Shown here: positions 1-12,386 of the stretch, one piece after another
Numbering within the stretch: the first letter of the stretch is position 1
Layout of the letters: each line of letters starts with the position of its first letter
Source: Myxococcota bacterium
GTDB lineage: Bacteria > Myxococcota_A > UBA9160 > JAFDDA01
Direction of reading: 5' to 3'
NCBI GenBank assembly: GCA_965228475.1
Contig: OZ245817.1
Location: 4,928,001-4,992,000 of the forward strand
Length of the DNA stretch: 64,000 nucleotides
Notes under the pieces: generated by a model
Databases searched by the model: none
Told to the model about the DNA's origin: nothing
What the model saw: only the letters and a program-made list of their open reading frames with translations
Made by a program: the position numbers and the translations under genes

Positions 1-37
1 GAACGATCTGGAAGAGTCGGTCGGCTCGACGCACGTT

Positions 38-517
38 CTAGGTATCTGCCCGTACCTCTCGGCGCGCAAGGGGAATGATCACCTGGGTGGCCGTGGCCTT
101 CGCGGCGATGCGGCCGTCCTCCTGGGTGAAGACGACTTCGGCGTGGATCCGCGACCGGCCGCGGTGGACGACCTTGGCCTCGATCCGGACCTCACCCGCC
201 ACGACCGGCCGGAAGAAGTGGATCTGGAGCTCGGAGGTCGTGAAGCCGTCGGCCTCGCTGAGGACGGAGCAGGTCGCCATGCCGAGGGCGTGGTCGGCCA
301 GGGCGGCCAGGTAGCCGCCGAAGGCCGTGCCCGCGCCGTTTGCCATCGCCGGGTCCATCTTCCAGCGCAGCCAGACCTGGCCTGCGTCGTAGCCCTCGGC
401 GCGCGGCATGCGGAGCGGCTCGACGTAGGGGGGCGGCGTGCCTCCACCGGAGACGATGGCTCGCATCACCTCGTGCCGCGCCCCGCCGAGCTCATCCTGC
501 CGTTGCCAGACTCGCAT
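38..517 (-). CDS. PaaI family thioesterase (hotdog fold)
   Basis: NGAGTAFGGYLAALAD motif, then TSELQIHFFRPV...GRSR; RBS-like GAGGAGGG upstream. Confidence 0.85.
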   Translation of the reverse strand: MRVWQRQDELGGARHEVMRAIVSGGGTPPPYVEPLRMPRAEGYDAGQVWLRWKMDPAMANGAGTAFGGYLAALADHALGMATCSVLSEADGFTTSELQIHFFRPVVAGEVRIEAKVVHRGRSRIHAEVVFTQEDGRIAAKATATQVIIPLARREVRADT

Positions 518-603
518 CTCGTTTCCCTCCTCGGTTCCGCCGCCCGGTGGAGGCTGGGCGCGGGGTTCGTTTCCTCTCGCCCCTTCTTGTACGGCACCCC
601 TGG

Positions 604-653
604 TGACAGCCTCCTGTCAGGGTCCTTTTCCCCTGCTGACACCGAGATGTCAG
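604..653. promoter_or_regulatory. Two TGACA-N6-TGTCA palindromes in the divergent intergenic region
   Basis: tgacagcctcctgtca (604-619) and tgacaccgagatgtca (637-652), 33 bp apart. Confidence 0.55.
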
Positions 654-682
654 GAGACCTCGCGCGGGGGTAGAATCGCGCC

Positions 683-1546
683 GTGACTGAGGGGCAAGCG
701 TGGAGCGTCGAGGGGAAGCGTTGCGTCGTGACCGGCGCGACCTCGGGCATCGGGCGCGCGACCGCGGTCGCCCTGGCCGAGGCCGGCGCTCGGGTCGCCA
801 TCGTGTGCCGCAACCCGGTCCGCGGCGAGGAAACCGTGGCGGAGATCCACGAACGGACCGGCTCGACGGCGGTCGAGGTCTTCCTGGCGGACCTGTCCTC
901 CCAGGAGGCGATCCGCCAGGTCGCGCGGGAGCTTCTGACGCGCTGCCCGCGGATCGACGTGCTCGTGAACAACGCCGGGACCGTGGAGCTCAACCGGAGC
1001 ACCACGGTGGACGGGATCGAGACGACCTGGGCCGTGAACCACCTCGGCTACTTCCAGCTCACGAATCTGCTGTTCGACCGGATCCGCGAGAGCGCGCCGG
1101 CGCGCATCATCAACGTCGCCTCGGACGCGCACAAGTTCGTGCGTCATTTCGACCCGGAGGAGAGCGAGGAGCCGCCCTTCCGCTGGTGGCAGGTCTACGG
1201 GCGCTCGAAGCTCGCCAACCTTCTCTTCACCCGGGAGCTCGCGCGGCGGCTCGAGGGCAGCGGCGTCACGGCGAACGCCGTGCACCCCGGCGCGGTTTCG
1301 ACGCGCCTCGGCCACCAGAACGGTTGGTGGGCCCGGCCGCTCACTGCTGCGCTCGGTCTCTTCTTCAAGAGCCCGGCCCAGGGAGCCGCGACCTCGGTGC
1401 ATCTGGCGACGGCCGCAGAGCTGGCCGACACCAGCGGCGGGTACTACGCGAACTCGAAGCCGCATCGGTCGAACGCCCTGGCTCGCGATGACGCACTGGC
1501 CAGGCGCCTCTGGGAAGTGAGCGCCTCTGCGGTCGGGGTTTCATAA
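683..1546 (+). CDS. SDR family oxidoreductase (retinol dehydrogenase-like)
   Basis: TGATSGIG, NNAG, YGRSK, HPGAV motifs. Confidence 0.92.
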   Translation: MTEGQAWSVEGKRCVVTGATSGIGRATAVALAEAGARVAIVCRNPVRGEETVAEIHERTGSTAVEVFLADLSSQEAIRQVARELLTRCPRIDVLVNNAGTVELNRSTTVDGIETTWAVNHLGYFQLTNLLFDRIRESAPARIINVASDAHKFVRHFDPEESEEPPFRWWQVYGRSKLANLLFTRELARRLEGSGVTANAVHPGAVSTRLGHQNGWWARPLTAALGLFFKSPAQGAATSVHLATAAELADTSGGYYANSKPHRSNALARDDALARRLWEVSASAVGVS

Positions 1547-1579
1547 TCCGTAACCATTTCAGTCGATTAAGGGTCAAAT

Positions 1580-1720
1580 CAAGCGATCGCTTGGTTAGTT
1601 CTGTGCGTTCTCGGCCGGCCGACCCGGGGATCTGAATCCGTCCAAGGCATAACAAGCAATCGCTTGGTATAGAGAACGGCTGGAGGCGAACCGTCGAAAC
1701 CGCTACAAAGCATCTGCTTG
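1580..1720. promoter_or_regulatory. Three CAAGC-N4-GCTTG palindromes, candidate operators of the downstream TetR
   Basis: caagcgatcgcttg 1580-1593 (perfect), caagcaatcgcttg 1653-1666, aaagcatctgcttg 1707-1720 (overlaps the TTG start). Confidence 0.65.
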
Positions 1721-2314
1721 GTACGCGAAACCAAAGACGCTCGCCCTCGGATCCTCGAGGCGGCCCTCCGCGTCGTGGTCGACGAAGGCCCGGAGGCTGC
1801 GTCGCTGCGCCGGATCGCCGCCGCCGCGGATCTCCACAACAGCAGCCTCTTCCATCATTTCCCGAGCAAGCAGGCCATCCATGACGCACTGGCCCGCCAG
1901 ATCATCGACGCGGCGGCGGCACAGCTGACACCGCCGCTTTCCGTGACGCCACCGCGAATCGAGGCGCTCCTGCTGGCCCTCGGCGACCTGGCCGAGCACC
2001 TGGCCGAACGCCCGGATGCGGCGGTCTACCTGACCCACGCCCTGGTCGGCGGCTCGGGCGGACCCTTCCGCACGGCCCGGGAGCGCGCGACGCAATCCCT
2101 GCTGCGTCCCGTCTGGGAGTGGCTCCTCCGCGCGCGCGACGCCGGCGAGATCCGCTCGGTCCGCCCTCAGCCCGCAACGCTTCAGCTCCTCGGCCTCGTG
2201 CTCCTCGAGCCGGCCTTCACCGGGCCGGCCCGCGGCGGCGGCCTCCGCCCCGCCTCCCGCGCCCGCCGGCGCGAGATCGAGGCCTGGGTGCGCGCGAACC
2301 TCTCGCGCCGATAG
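1718..2314 (+). CDS. TetR/AcrR family transcriptional regulator
   Basis: N-terminal HTH: ILEAAL...SLRRIAAAADLHNSSLFHHFPSK. Confidence 0.88.
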   Translation: MVRETKDARPRILEAALRVVVDEGPEAASLRRIAAAADLHNSSLFHHFPSKQAIHDALARQIIDAAAAQLTPPLSVTPPRIEALLLALGDLAEHLAERPDAAVYLTHALVGGSGGPFRTARERATQSLLRPVWEWLLRARDAGEIRSVRPQPATLQLLGLVLLEPAFTGPARGGGLRPASRARRREIEAWVRANLSRR

Positions 2315-2315
2315 C

Positions 2316-3953
2316 ATGGCGCCCATGCCCCGACCCATCTCGGCCGCCGCCCCGCTCTTCCTGGCGGCCTGTCTCCTGGCCCCGGCCGCGCCCGCGGCGG
2401 AATACGATCTCGTGCTGCGAGGTGGAGAGCTCTACCGCGGCGGCACGACGATGGCCGGCGCCGGGGACGTGGCGATTCACGGCGATCGGATCGTCGCCGT
2501 CGGCGAGGTGCCCGGAAAGGGCCAGCGCGAGATCGACGTCACGGGCCGCGTCGTCGCGCCGGGCTTCATCGACGTCCACAACCACACCGACGAGATCTAC
2601 CGCTTCGCCGGCCGCTGGCCCCTGCCGGGCGCGATCCACGAGAACCGCAACTACGTCACCCAGGGCGTGTCGACCATCGTCACCGGGAACTGCGGGAGCG
2701 GGCCCGCCACCCCCGAGGCCGTCACGCGCTGGCTCGATCGCGTCGACGATCTTCCCTACGGGACGAACGTCGCCCACCTCGTGCCGCACGGTCAGCTCCG
2801 CGTGGAGGCCATGGGCAGCGGACAGGCCGACCGCGAGAGCCCGCACCCGACGCGCGAAGAGATGGCCCGCATGAAGGAGATGGTCGACGGGGGCATGCGC
2901 GCCGGCGCCTTCGGCCTCTCGACCGGCCTGATCTACGACCCGGGCGCGCGTGCCGGCACGCTCGAGATCGTCGAGTTGGCGCGTGTGACCGCGCCCCATG
3001 GCGGCGTCTACGTCTCGCACACGCGCCACGAGGGCCCGGACCCCGTGCGCATGTTCGCTTCCTACGCCGAGGCGATCACGATCGGCGAGCAGGCGGGTGT
3101 GCCCACGCACATCTCGCACATCAAGCTCGCCGGCAAGCGTGCCCACGGCCTGACGCCCGAGGTGGTGGCGCTCGTCGAAGCGGCCCAGGCGCGCGGCCAC
3201 ACCGTGACCGCCGACCACTACCCCTACGCCGCCTCGAGCACGACGCTCGCCGTGATGGTGCCGGCCGAGCTGCGCGACGGGCTCGTCGCCCACGATCGGT
3301 TCTGCGACAGCCCGGAAGGGCGCGCCGACCTGCGCCGCGGAGCGGAGCGCTTCCTCCGGGAAGAAACGCCCGCGAAGTCCGTACAGATTTCGGTGTACCC
3401 CTGGCGCTGGAGCTGGCAGGGCAAGCGCCTCTCGGAGGTCGCGGAAGCGGAGGGCAAGGCACCGGGCGAGCTGGCCGTCGAGATCGCCTGCGGCTGGCCC
3501 GGCGCCGGCATCTACCACGGCCAGAGCGAGGAGGACGTGCGGGCCTTCGCGCGCCAGGAATGGGTCGCGACGGCTTCGGACGGCTCGGCCATGATCGACT
3601 TCCTCGGACGCTTCGTTCATCCGCGTGCCTACGGCACGTTCCCGCGCAAGCTCCGCCACTACGCGATCGATCGCCTCGACGTGACGCTGGCCTTCGCCCT
3701 GCGCAGCATGACCGAGCTCCCGGCGGAGATCTTCGGCTTCGAAGGCCGCGGCCGGCTCGAGCCGGGCGCCTTCGCGGACGTCGTGGTCTTCGACCCGAAG
3801 ACGGTCCGCGACCTCGCCACCTACGAGAACGCGGCCCAGCACAGCGAGGGGATCGAATATCTGCTGGTGAACGGCCGGTTCGCGATCGAAGAAGGCGCGC
3901 CGACCGGAGAACGCTCCGGCCGCGCCCTGCGAAACCCGCGCGCCAGGCCGTGA
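2316..3953 (+). CDS. N-acyl-D-amino-acid deacylase family amidohydrolase with signal peptide (alternative start 2325)
   Basis: PGFIDVHNHTD, GNCG, GLSTGLIY, HPRAYGTFPR, ADVVVFDP. Confidence 0.88.
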   Translation: MAPMPRPISAAAPLFLAACLLAPAAPAAEYDLVLRGGELYRGGTTMAGAGDVAIHGDRIVAVGEVPGKGQREIDVTGRVVAPGFIDVHNHTDEIYRFAGRWPLPGAIHENRNYVTQGVSTIVTGNCGSGPATPEAVTRWLDRVDDLPYGTNVAHLVPHGQLRVEAMGSGQADRESPHPTREEMARMKEMVDGGMRAGAFGLSTGLIYDPGARAGTLEIVELARVTAPHGGVYVSHTRHEGPDPVRMFASYAEAITIGEQAGVPTHISHIKLAGKRAHGLTPEVVALVEAAQARGHTVTADHYPYAASSTTLAVMVPAELRDGLVAHDRFCDSPEGRADLRRGAERFLREETPAKSVQISVYPWRWSWQGKRLSEVAEAEGKAPGELAVEIACGWPGAGIYHGQSEEDVRAFARQEWVATASDGSAMIDFLGRFVHPRAYGTFPRKLRHYAIDRLDVTLAFALRSMTELPAEIFGFEGRGRLEPGAFADVVVFDPKTVRDLATYENAAQHSEGIEYLLVNGRFAIEEGAPTGERSGRALRNPRARP

Positions 3954-3972
3954 CCTCCGAAAGGCTCCGCTC

Positions 3973-4722
3973 TTGATTCCGCTTCGCGACGACAACCCGA
4001 CGCTTGCGACCTCGGTCGTCACCTATGCGCTGATCGCGGCGAACGTCGCGTGCTGGTTCTTCGTGCAGGGCTTCGGACTCTCGCCGAAGCTCGCCGAATC
4101 CGTCTGCACGCTCGGCGTGATCCCCGGCGAGATCCTCGGGACGATCGCGGCCGGCACCCAGGTTCCCCTCGGCAACGGGACGGCCTGCGTCATCCAGGAG
4201 GGGCCCGCCTACGCGACCCTCGTGACCTCGATGTTCATGCACGGCGGCTGGATGCACCTCATCGGGAACATGTGGTTCCTCGCCGTCTTCGGGGACAACG
4301 TCGAAGACTCGATGGGGCGCGGGCGCTTCCTCGCCTTCTACCTGCTGTGCGGCATGGCGGCGGCGCTCGCCGAGGTCTTCGTGCAGTCGGACAGCGCCCT
4401 GCCGATGGTGGGCGCCTCGGGAGCGATCGGCGGCGTGATGGGCGCCTACGCGGTGCTCTACCCGCGCGCGCGGGTCGAGATGCTCTGGATCATCATCCTC
4501 TACATCGCGCGCATCCCGGTGCCGGCGATCGTGGTGCTCGGCTACTGGTTCTTCATCCAGCTCGTGTCGGGATACGGAAGCCTCGGCGCCGCCGGCGGGG
4601 GGACGGCCTTCTGGGCCCACGCCGGAGGATTCCTGGCCGGCGTCACGCTGATCTTCCTGTTCCGGGACCCGGCCCTCGTGGAAGCGCATCGCGCGCGCCA
4701 CCGCCTGGGGTTCCGGCGCTAG
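3973..4722 (+). CDS. Rhomboid family intramembrane serine protease
   Basis: MIPLRDDNP start, HGGWMHLIGNM, GASG, AHAGG. Confidence 0.93.
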   Translation: MIPLRDDNPTLATSVVTYALIAANVACWFFVQGFGLSPKLAESVCTLGVIPGEILGTIAAGTQVPLGNGTACVIQEGPAYATLVTSMFMHGGWMHLIGNMWFLAVFGDNVEDSMGRGRFLAFYLLCGMAAALAEVFVQSDSALPMVGASGAIGGVMGAYAVLYPRARVEMLWIIILYIARIPVPAIVVLGYWFFIQLVSGYGSLGAAGGGTAFWAHAGGFLAGVTLIFLFRDPALVEAHRARHRLGFRR

Positions 4723-4729
4723 CCGCGCG

Positions 4730-6439
4730 CTACCAGCTCCCGCCGCCGCCCCCGCCGAAGCCTCCGCCGCTGAACCCGCCTCCGCCGAAGCCGCTGCTGC
4801 CGCTTCCGCCGCTGCTCGGCTGGGAGGTCAGAGCCTGGCCGATGGTGTCGAGGCCGCGTCCGACGTCGCTCACGAAGCGGTGGGCGCGGAAGCCGTCGAG
4901 GCCGTCGTAGCCGTGGTACCACGCGGGCGGTTCGGTGTAGATCTCGGCGAAGGCGTCGGCCCAGGCGTCGGCGGTCCCGAGCACGATGGCGTAGGGGAGG
5001 AGGCTCTCGAACTGCTCGCGCGTGTCGACGCCCATGCGCGCGAGCCGGTCGCGGTCCACGCGTTCCATGAACTCGCGCAGGCCGAGGATCTCTTCGTAGG
5101 CCCGCCGCCCCTTGCGCGTGCGGCGCGGCATGGCGTTCGCGAACAGGAAGAGGACGACGCCCGTCGCGGCGATGTACGCGCCGCCCGCCGCGCCGAGCAT
5201 GGCGATGGCGAAGACGCCGATGCCGAACACGAGCCCGCCGCCGATGCGCCAGCGCGTGCGCACCGAGTCCGGCGACGCGGCGAAGTGGGCGCCCCGGCCC
5301 GAGAGGCCTTCGTAGAGCGCCTCGCGGATGGCCGGGAGCTCGCGGTAGAACTCGTTCTTCAGGTCCGAGACGAGCACGCGGTCGCGGCCGTCGAAGAGCG
5401 CCGAGAGCAGCTTCGTCTGGTAGGGCTTGAGCGCGCCTCCTCCCTCGCGCTTCACGAGTTCGTAGTCCTTGCGCTCGAAGAAGAGGAAGCGCGTGGCCTC
5501 CTGCTCGTGGATCTCGATGTGCCCGAGCACGGCGAGCTGGAGGATGGTGGCGGTGACGTCGTTCAGGTCGGCCGTCTCGTCGAGCAGGGTCCCGACCTCG
5601 GCGGGTTCGAGCCCGGCCGGCGGCTCGTAGCGCACCGGGACCGCCGCGCCCGGTGCCGGGTCGCGTCCGTTGCGGCGCCAATGGCCGTAGAGGCCGAACA
5701 GCGCGGCGAAGGGGAGCGCGAGCCAGCCCGAAAGGAACGGGGCGAGGCGCGCGAGCCAGCGGTCGGCGTCGCTCGGCTCGCGGACGTGGCCCTTCGGCAG
5801 GGCGACGACCACGGTGAGGCCCTCTCCCGGAGCGAGCCCGGCCCTCGTCCGGAAGCGCGCGCCGTCCGGTTCGCGCAGGGCTTCGCAAGCGGTGCGCGTC
5901 GATCCCATCGGCCCGGTGAAGCAGGCCACGTCGTCGACGGCGTTCGGGGCGTTTCGCAGGGCCACGTGGACGCTCGCGGCGTCGATCGGGACGCGCCAGC
6001 CGTGCCCGGTCGCGTTCCAGTAGACCTCGTCGTGGGCGTCGAAGTGGAGCATCGCGAGCCGCGCCCGGTAGTGGATCCGGTACGTGTGGCGGCCGCGCAC
6101 GGTCTTGTTCGCGTCGCCGATGCGGATGCGGCGCGCGGCGTTCGTGCGCGAGACGCGGTAGGGAACGGGCAGGCCGTTGCCGTCCCGCACTTCGAGGACG
6201 TCGAGCACGATCCCGTGGTCCGGCGCCCCGCGCCGCGAGTAGCGGACGGGGATGTCGCGGAAGATCCCGTGCCGCTCCGCGCCGCCGAAGTCGTAGGCGA
6301 TGGTCTCGGTGACGTCGAAGGAGGCGTCCTCCTCGACCACGACCCGCACGTCGAAGCGCTCGATCCGCTCCTCGGCGCGGCCGTCGGCCGCCGGCAGGAG
6401 CACCGCGGCGGCGGCCAGGAGCGCGGCGAAGGCCTTCAT
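4730..6439 (-). CDS. DUF2207 family membrane protein
   Basis: Signal peptide, HGIFRDIP, YWNATG, LPYAIVLG, Gly-rich GGGGGGSW C-terminus; lies downstream of lemA as is typical. Confidence 0.88.
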   Translation of the reverse strand: MKAFAALLAAAAVLLPAADGRAEERIERFDVRVVVEEDASFDVTETIAYDFGGAERHGIFRDIPVRYSRRGAPDHGIVLDVLEVRDGNGLPVPYRVSRTNAARRIRIGDANKTVRGRHTYRIHYRARLAMLHFDAHDEVYWNATGHGWRVPIDAASVHVALRNAPNAVDDVACFTGPMGSTRTACEALREPDGARFRTRAGLAPGEGLTVVVALPKGHVREPSDADRWLARLAPFLSGWLALPFAALFGLYGHWRRNGRDPAPGAAVPVRYEPPAGLEPAEVGTLLDETADLNDVTATILQLAVLGHIEIHEQEATRFLFFERKDYELVKREGGGALKPYQTKLLSALFDGRDRVLVSDLKNEFYRELPAIREALYEGLSGRGAHFAASPDSVRTRWRIGGGLVFGIGVFAIAMLGAAGGAYIAATGVVLFLFANAMPRRTRKGRRAYEEILGLREFMERVDRDRLARMGVDTREQFESLLPYAIVLGTADAWADAFAEIYTEPPAWYHGYDGLDGFRAHRFVSDVGRGLDTIGQALTSQPSSGGSGSSGFGGGGFSGGGFGGGGGGSW

Positions 6440-6449
6440 CGCGCGGACG

Positions 6450-7001
6450 CTAGAAGCTCACCTGCGGAGCCGTGCGCTCGGCTTCGTCGTCGAGCTCGAA
6501 GTAGTCCTTCTTCGTGAAGGAGAAGAAGTTGGCGACGAGGTTGCTCGGGAACGCTTCGCAGAGCGTGTTCAGATCGCGGACGACGGCGTTGTAGTAGCGG
6601 CGCGCGTTCTGGATGGCTTCCTCGATCCGGTTCAGGTCGGCCTGGAGTCCGAGGAAGTTCTCGTTCGCCTTGAGGTCCGGGTAGGCCTCGGCCACCGCGA
6701 AGAGCCCCTTCAGCGCGCGGGTGAGGCCGGTCTCGGCGCTCGCCTTGTCCGTTGCGCTCTCCGCACCCATGGCGCGCGAGCGCATCTCGGTCACCTCGCG
6801 CAGCGTCTCCTGCTCGTGTCCCGCGTAGCCCTTCACGGTTTCGACGAGGTTCGGGATGAGGTCCCAGCGCCGCTTGAGCTGGACGTCGATGTCGCTCCAC
6901 GCGCTCTCGGACGAGTTGCGCAGCGCGACCAGGCGGTTGTAGAGGCTCGCCGCGTAGAACGCGACCAGCACGATGCCCCCGAGAACGACCCAACCGATCA
7001 T
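6450..7001 (-). CDS. lemA: LemA family protein
   Basis: N-terminal TM, IDVQLKRRWDLIPNLVETVKGYA, AEAYPDLKANENF, ARRYYN, FPSN; start placed at ATG 7001 after GGGAGG. Confidence 0.95.
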   Translation of the reverse strand: MIGWVVLGGIVLVAFYAASLYNRLVALRNSSESAWSDIDVQLKRRWDLIPNLVETVKGYAGHEQETLREVTEMRSRAMGAESATDKASAETGLTRALKGLFAVAEAYPDLKANENFLGLQADLNRIEEAIQNARRYYNAVVRDLNTLCEAFPSNLVANFFSFTKKDYFELDDEAERTAPQVSF

Positions 7002-7013
7002 GGCGCCTCCCTT

Positions 7014-7049
7014 CCTCGAAGCGGATGTTCGCCTCGACGCGGATGTTCG
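7014..7049. repeat. 18-bp tandem duplication (1 mismatch) between mfd and lemA
   Basis: cctcgaagcggatgttcg / cctcgacgcggatgttcg. Confidence 0.7.
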
Positions 7050-7090
7050 CGAGGGAGCCCTGCCCGCGTCAATGGGGCGCGGGCGCGCAT

Positions 7091-10687
<3,597 letters not shown>

Positions 10688-10763
10688 CGGGAAGCAAGGT
10701 AACGGACGTCCGGGAACGCCCCATCCGGCATTCTCAATCTCAACGAATCCAAACACTTGCAAT

Positions 10764-10786
10764 ACTGGTCATACCAGGTGACCAGT
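10764..10786. promoter_or_regulatory. FadR/GntR-type operator
   Basis: actggtca-N7-tgaccagt with perfect 8-bp arms, containing ctggtcataccag (TGGT-N3-ACCA), 15 bp before the GntR ATG. Confidence 0.75.
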
Positions 10787-10801
10787 GCTAGGGTCTCCGC
10801 C

Positions 10802-11524
10802 ATGGCAGGCCTCCAACCCGTCCCGCGCCGTTCGCTCTCGGACCAGGTCTTCGACCAGCTCCGGGGCCAGATCCTCGCCGGGCGCTACGCGCCGGGGGAG
10901 GCCCTGCCCGGCGAGCGCGAGCTCTGCCAGACCTTCGAGGTGAACCGCGGCGCCCTGCGCGAGGCCCTGAAGCGGCTCGCGCAGGCGGGTCTCGTGCTCG
11001 TGCGCCACGGCGAGAGCACCCGCGTCGCGGACTACCTCGAGCTCGCGGGCCTCGATCTCCTCCCGGAGCTGCTGCGCGACGAAGCCGGCCAATGGGATCC
11101 CGACGTCGCCCTCGCCGTGATGGAGATGCGCTCGGCCCTCGCCCCGGACGTCGCGCGCCTGGCCGCGCTGCGCGGCGACGCCGAGCTCGCCCTCGCCCTC
11201 GACGGGATCGTCGCGCGCATGCAGCAGGCGGAGGACGACCTGCCGGGGCTCCAGCGGATCGCGCTCGAGTTCTGGTCGGAGCTCGTCCGCGCCTGCGGGA
11301 ACATCGCCTACCGGCTCGCCTTCAACTCCCTGCGCGCCGCCTACGCACGGAGCCTCGAACTCCTCACCGACGTGATGGCCGACGAGTTCCAGGACGTCGG
11401 CCGCTACGCATCGCTCGCCCGGGCCGTGAGCCTCGGCGAGTCGGAAGACGCCGAGGCCGAAGCGCGCTTCCTCGTCCGCCGCGGTGAAGCGCGGGTCCGT
11501 GCCGCCCTGGAGAACCTGTCATGA
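10802..11524 (+). CDS. GntR family (FadR subfamily) transcriptional regulator
   Basis: LPGERELCQTFEVNRGALREALKRL wHTH plus FCD-like C-terminal domain. Confidence 0.92.
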   Translation: MAGLQPVPRRSLSDQVFDQLRGQILAGRYAPGEALPGERELCQTFEVNRGALREALKRLAQAGLVLVRHGESTRVADYLELAGLDLLPELLRDEAGQWDPDVALAVMEMRSALAPDVARLAALRGDAELALALDGIVARMQQAEDDLPGLQRIALEFWSELVRACGNIAYRLAFNSLRAAYARSLELLTDVMADEFQDVGRYASLARAVSLGESEDAEAEARFLVRRGEARVRAALENLS

Positions 11525-11566
11525 ACTCGACGGAAGCTCGTTCATGAACTCGACGGAAGCTCGTTC
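11519..11566. repeat. Perfect 23-bp tandem duplication at the GntR stop / desaturase start
   Basis: atgaactcgacggaagctcgttc at 11521-11543 and 11544-11566. Confidence 0.95.
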
Positions 11567-12200
11567 GCAGGGCCCCCGTACGCTCGCAGCCGCGCTGCGG
11601 GTGTTCTTCTCCCACTTGAGTCCGCGCATCCTGGCCGCGACCGTTCTCACTGCGCTCGCGGTACGCCTTGCCCTCGGCGGTTTCGGATGGATCGACCTCG
11701 CGCCCTTCGCCGTGCTGCTCGCGATCTGGCCGCTCCAGGAGTGGCTGATCCACGTCTTCATCCTGCACTACCGCCCCGTCCGCTTCGCAGGCCGCACCTG
11801 GGACTTCGCCGTTCCCCGGAAGCACCGCGAACATCACGCCGACCCCTGGCGGCTCGATCTCCTCTTCATCCCGACCCACGTCTTCTCCTACGGCTTGCCG
11901 CTGCACGCGCTCTTCTGGTTCGGCGTCATGCCGACGCCCGAGCTCGCCTGCTCCGGCCTCGCCGCCTACTTCACGCTCGCCCTCCACTACGAGTGGGTGC
12001 ACTACCTCGCCCACGTTCCCTACACGCCCCCGCTCGAGCGCTACCGGCGTCTGATCAAGCTCCACCAGCGTCACCACTTCAAGAACGAGCACTACTGGTA
12101 CGGCGTGACGATGACCTCGGCGGACTACTGGCTCGCGACCACGGCCGAACCGGAGCACGTCGAGACTTCGCCGACCGCGCGGGAGCTGCTCGCTTCCTAG
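11544..12200 (+). CDS. Sterol desaturase / fatty acid hydroxylase superfamily protein
   Basis: His boxes HVFILH, HREHH, HYLAH, HQRHH plus TM segments. Confidence 0.88.
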   Translation: MNSTEARSQGPRTLAAALRVFFSHLSPRILAATVLTALAVRLALGGFGWIDLAPFAVLLAIWPLQEWLIHVFILHYRPVRFAGRTWDFAVPRKHREHHADPWRLDLLFIPTHVFSYGLPLHALFWFGVMPTPELACSGLAAYFTLALHYEWVHYLAHVPYTPPLERYRRLIKLHQRHHFKNEHYWYGVTMTSADYWLATTAEPEHVETSPTARELLAS

Positions 12201-12324
12201 CGAGTGTGGCTGGGGTCGCTTCCCCTGCCCGAGAACGCGTCATTTCGTACCCCGAGTCCGCGCTCGGCCGGAATCCGCTCCGACCCACACGTCTCGCACC
12301 GATGTTCCGCACGACGCGTGCCCT

Positions 12325-12370
12325 GCGGGCAGGCTGTGTGGCGCCCTCGCGGGCATGCTGTGTTGCGCCC
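12325..12370. repeat. 22-bp direct repeat (24-bp period) just upstream of the adhesin-like gene
   Basis: gcgggcaggctgtgtggcgccc / gcgggcatgctgtgttgcgccc. Confidence 0.7.
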
Positions 12371-12386
12371 CTGCTGAAAGTGCTGA

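Noticed and set aside
1536..1580. AT-rich stretch with CATAA...TCAAAT resembling a dif site
   Set aside because: Arm spacing and the XerD arm do not fit the 11-6-11 consensus
11519..12370. Short direct repeats as a possible CRISPR array
   Set aside because: Only two adjacent copies each, no spacers and no cas genes
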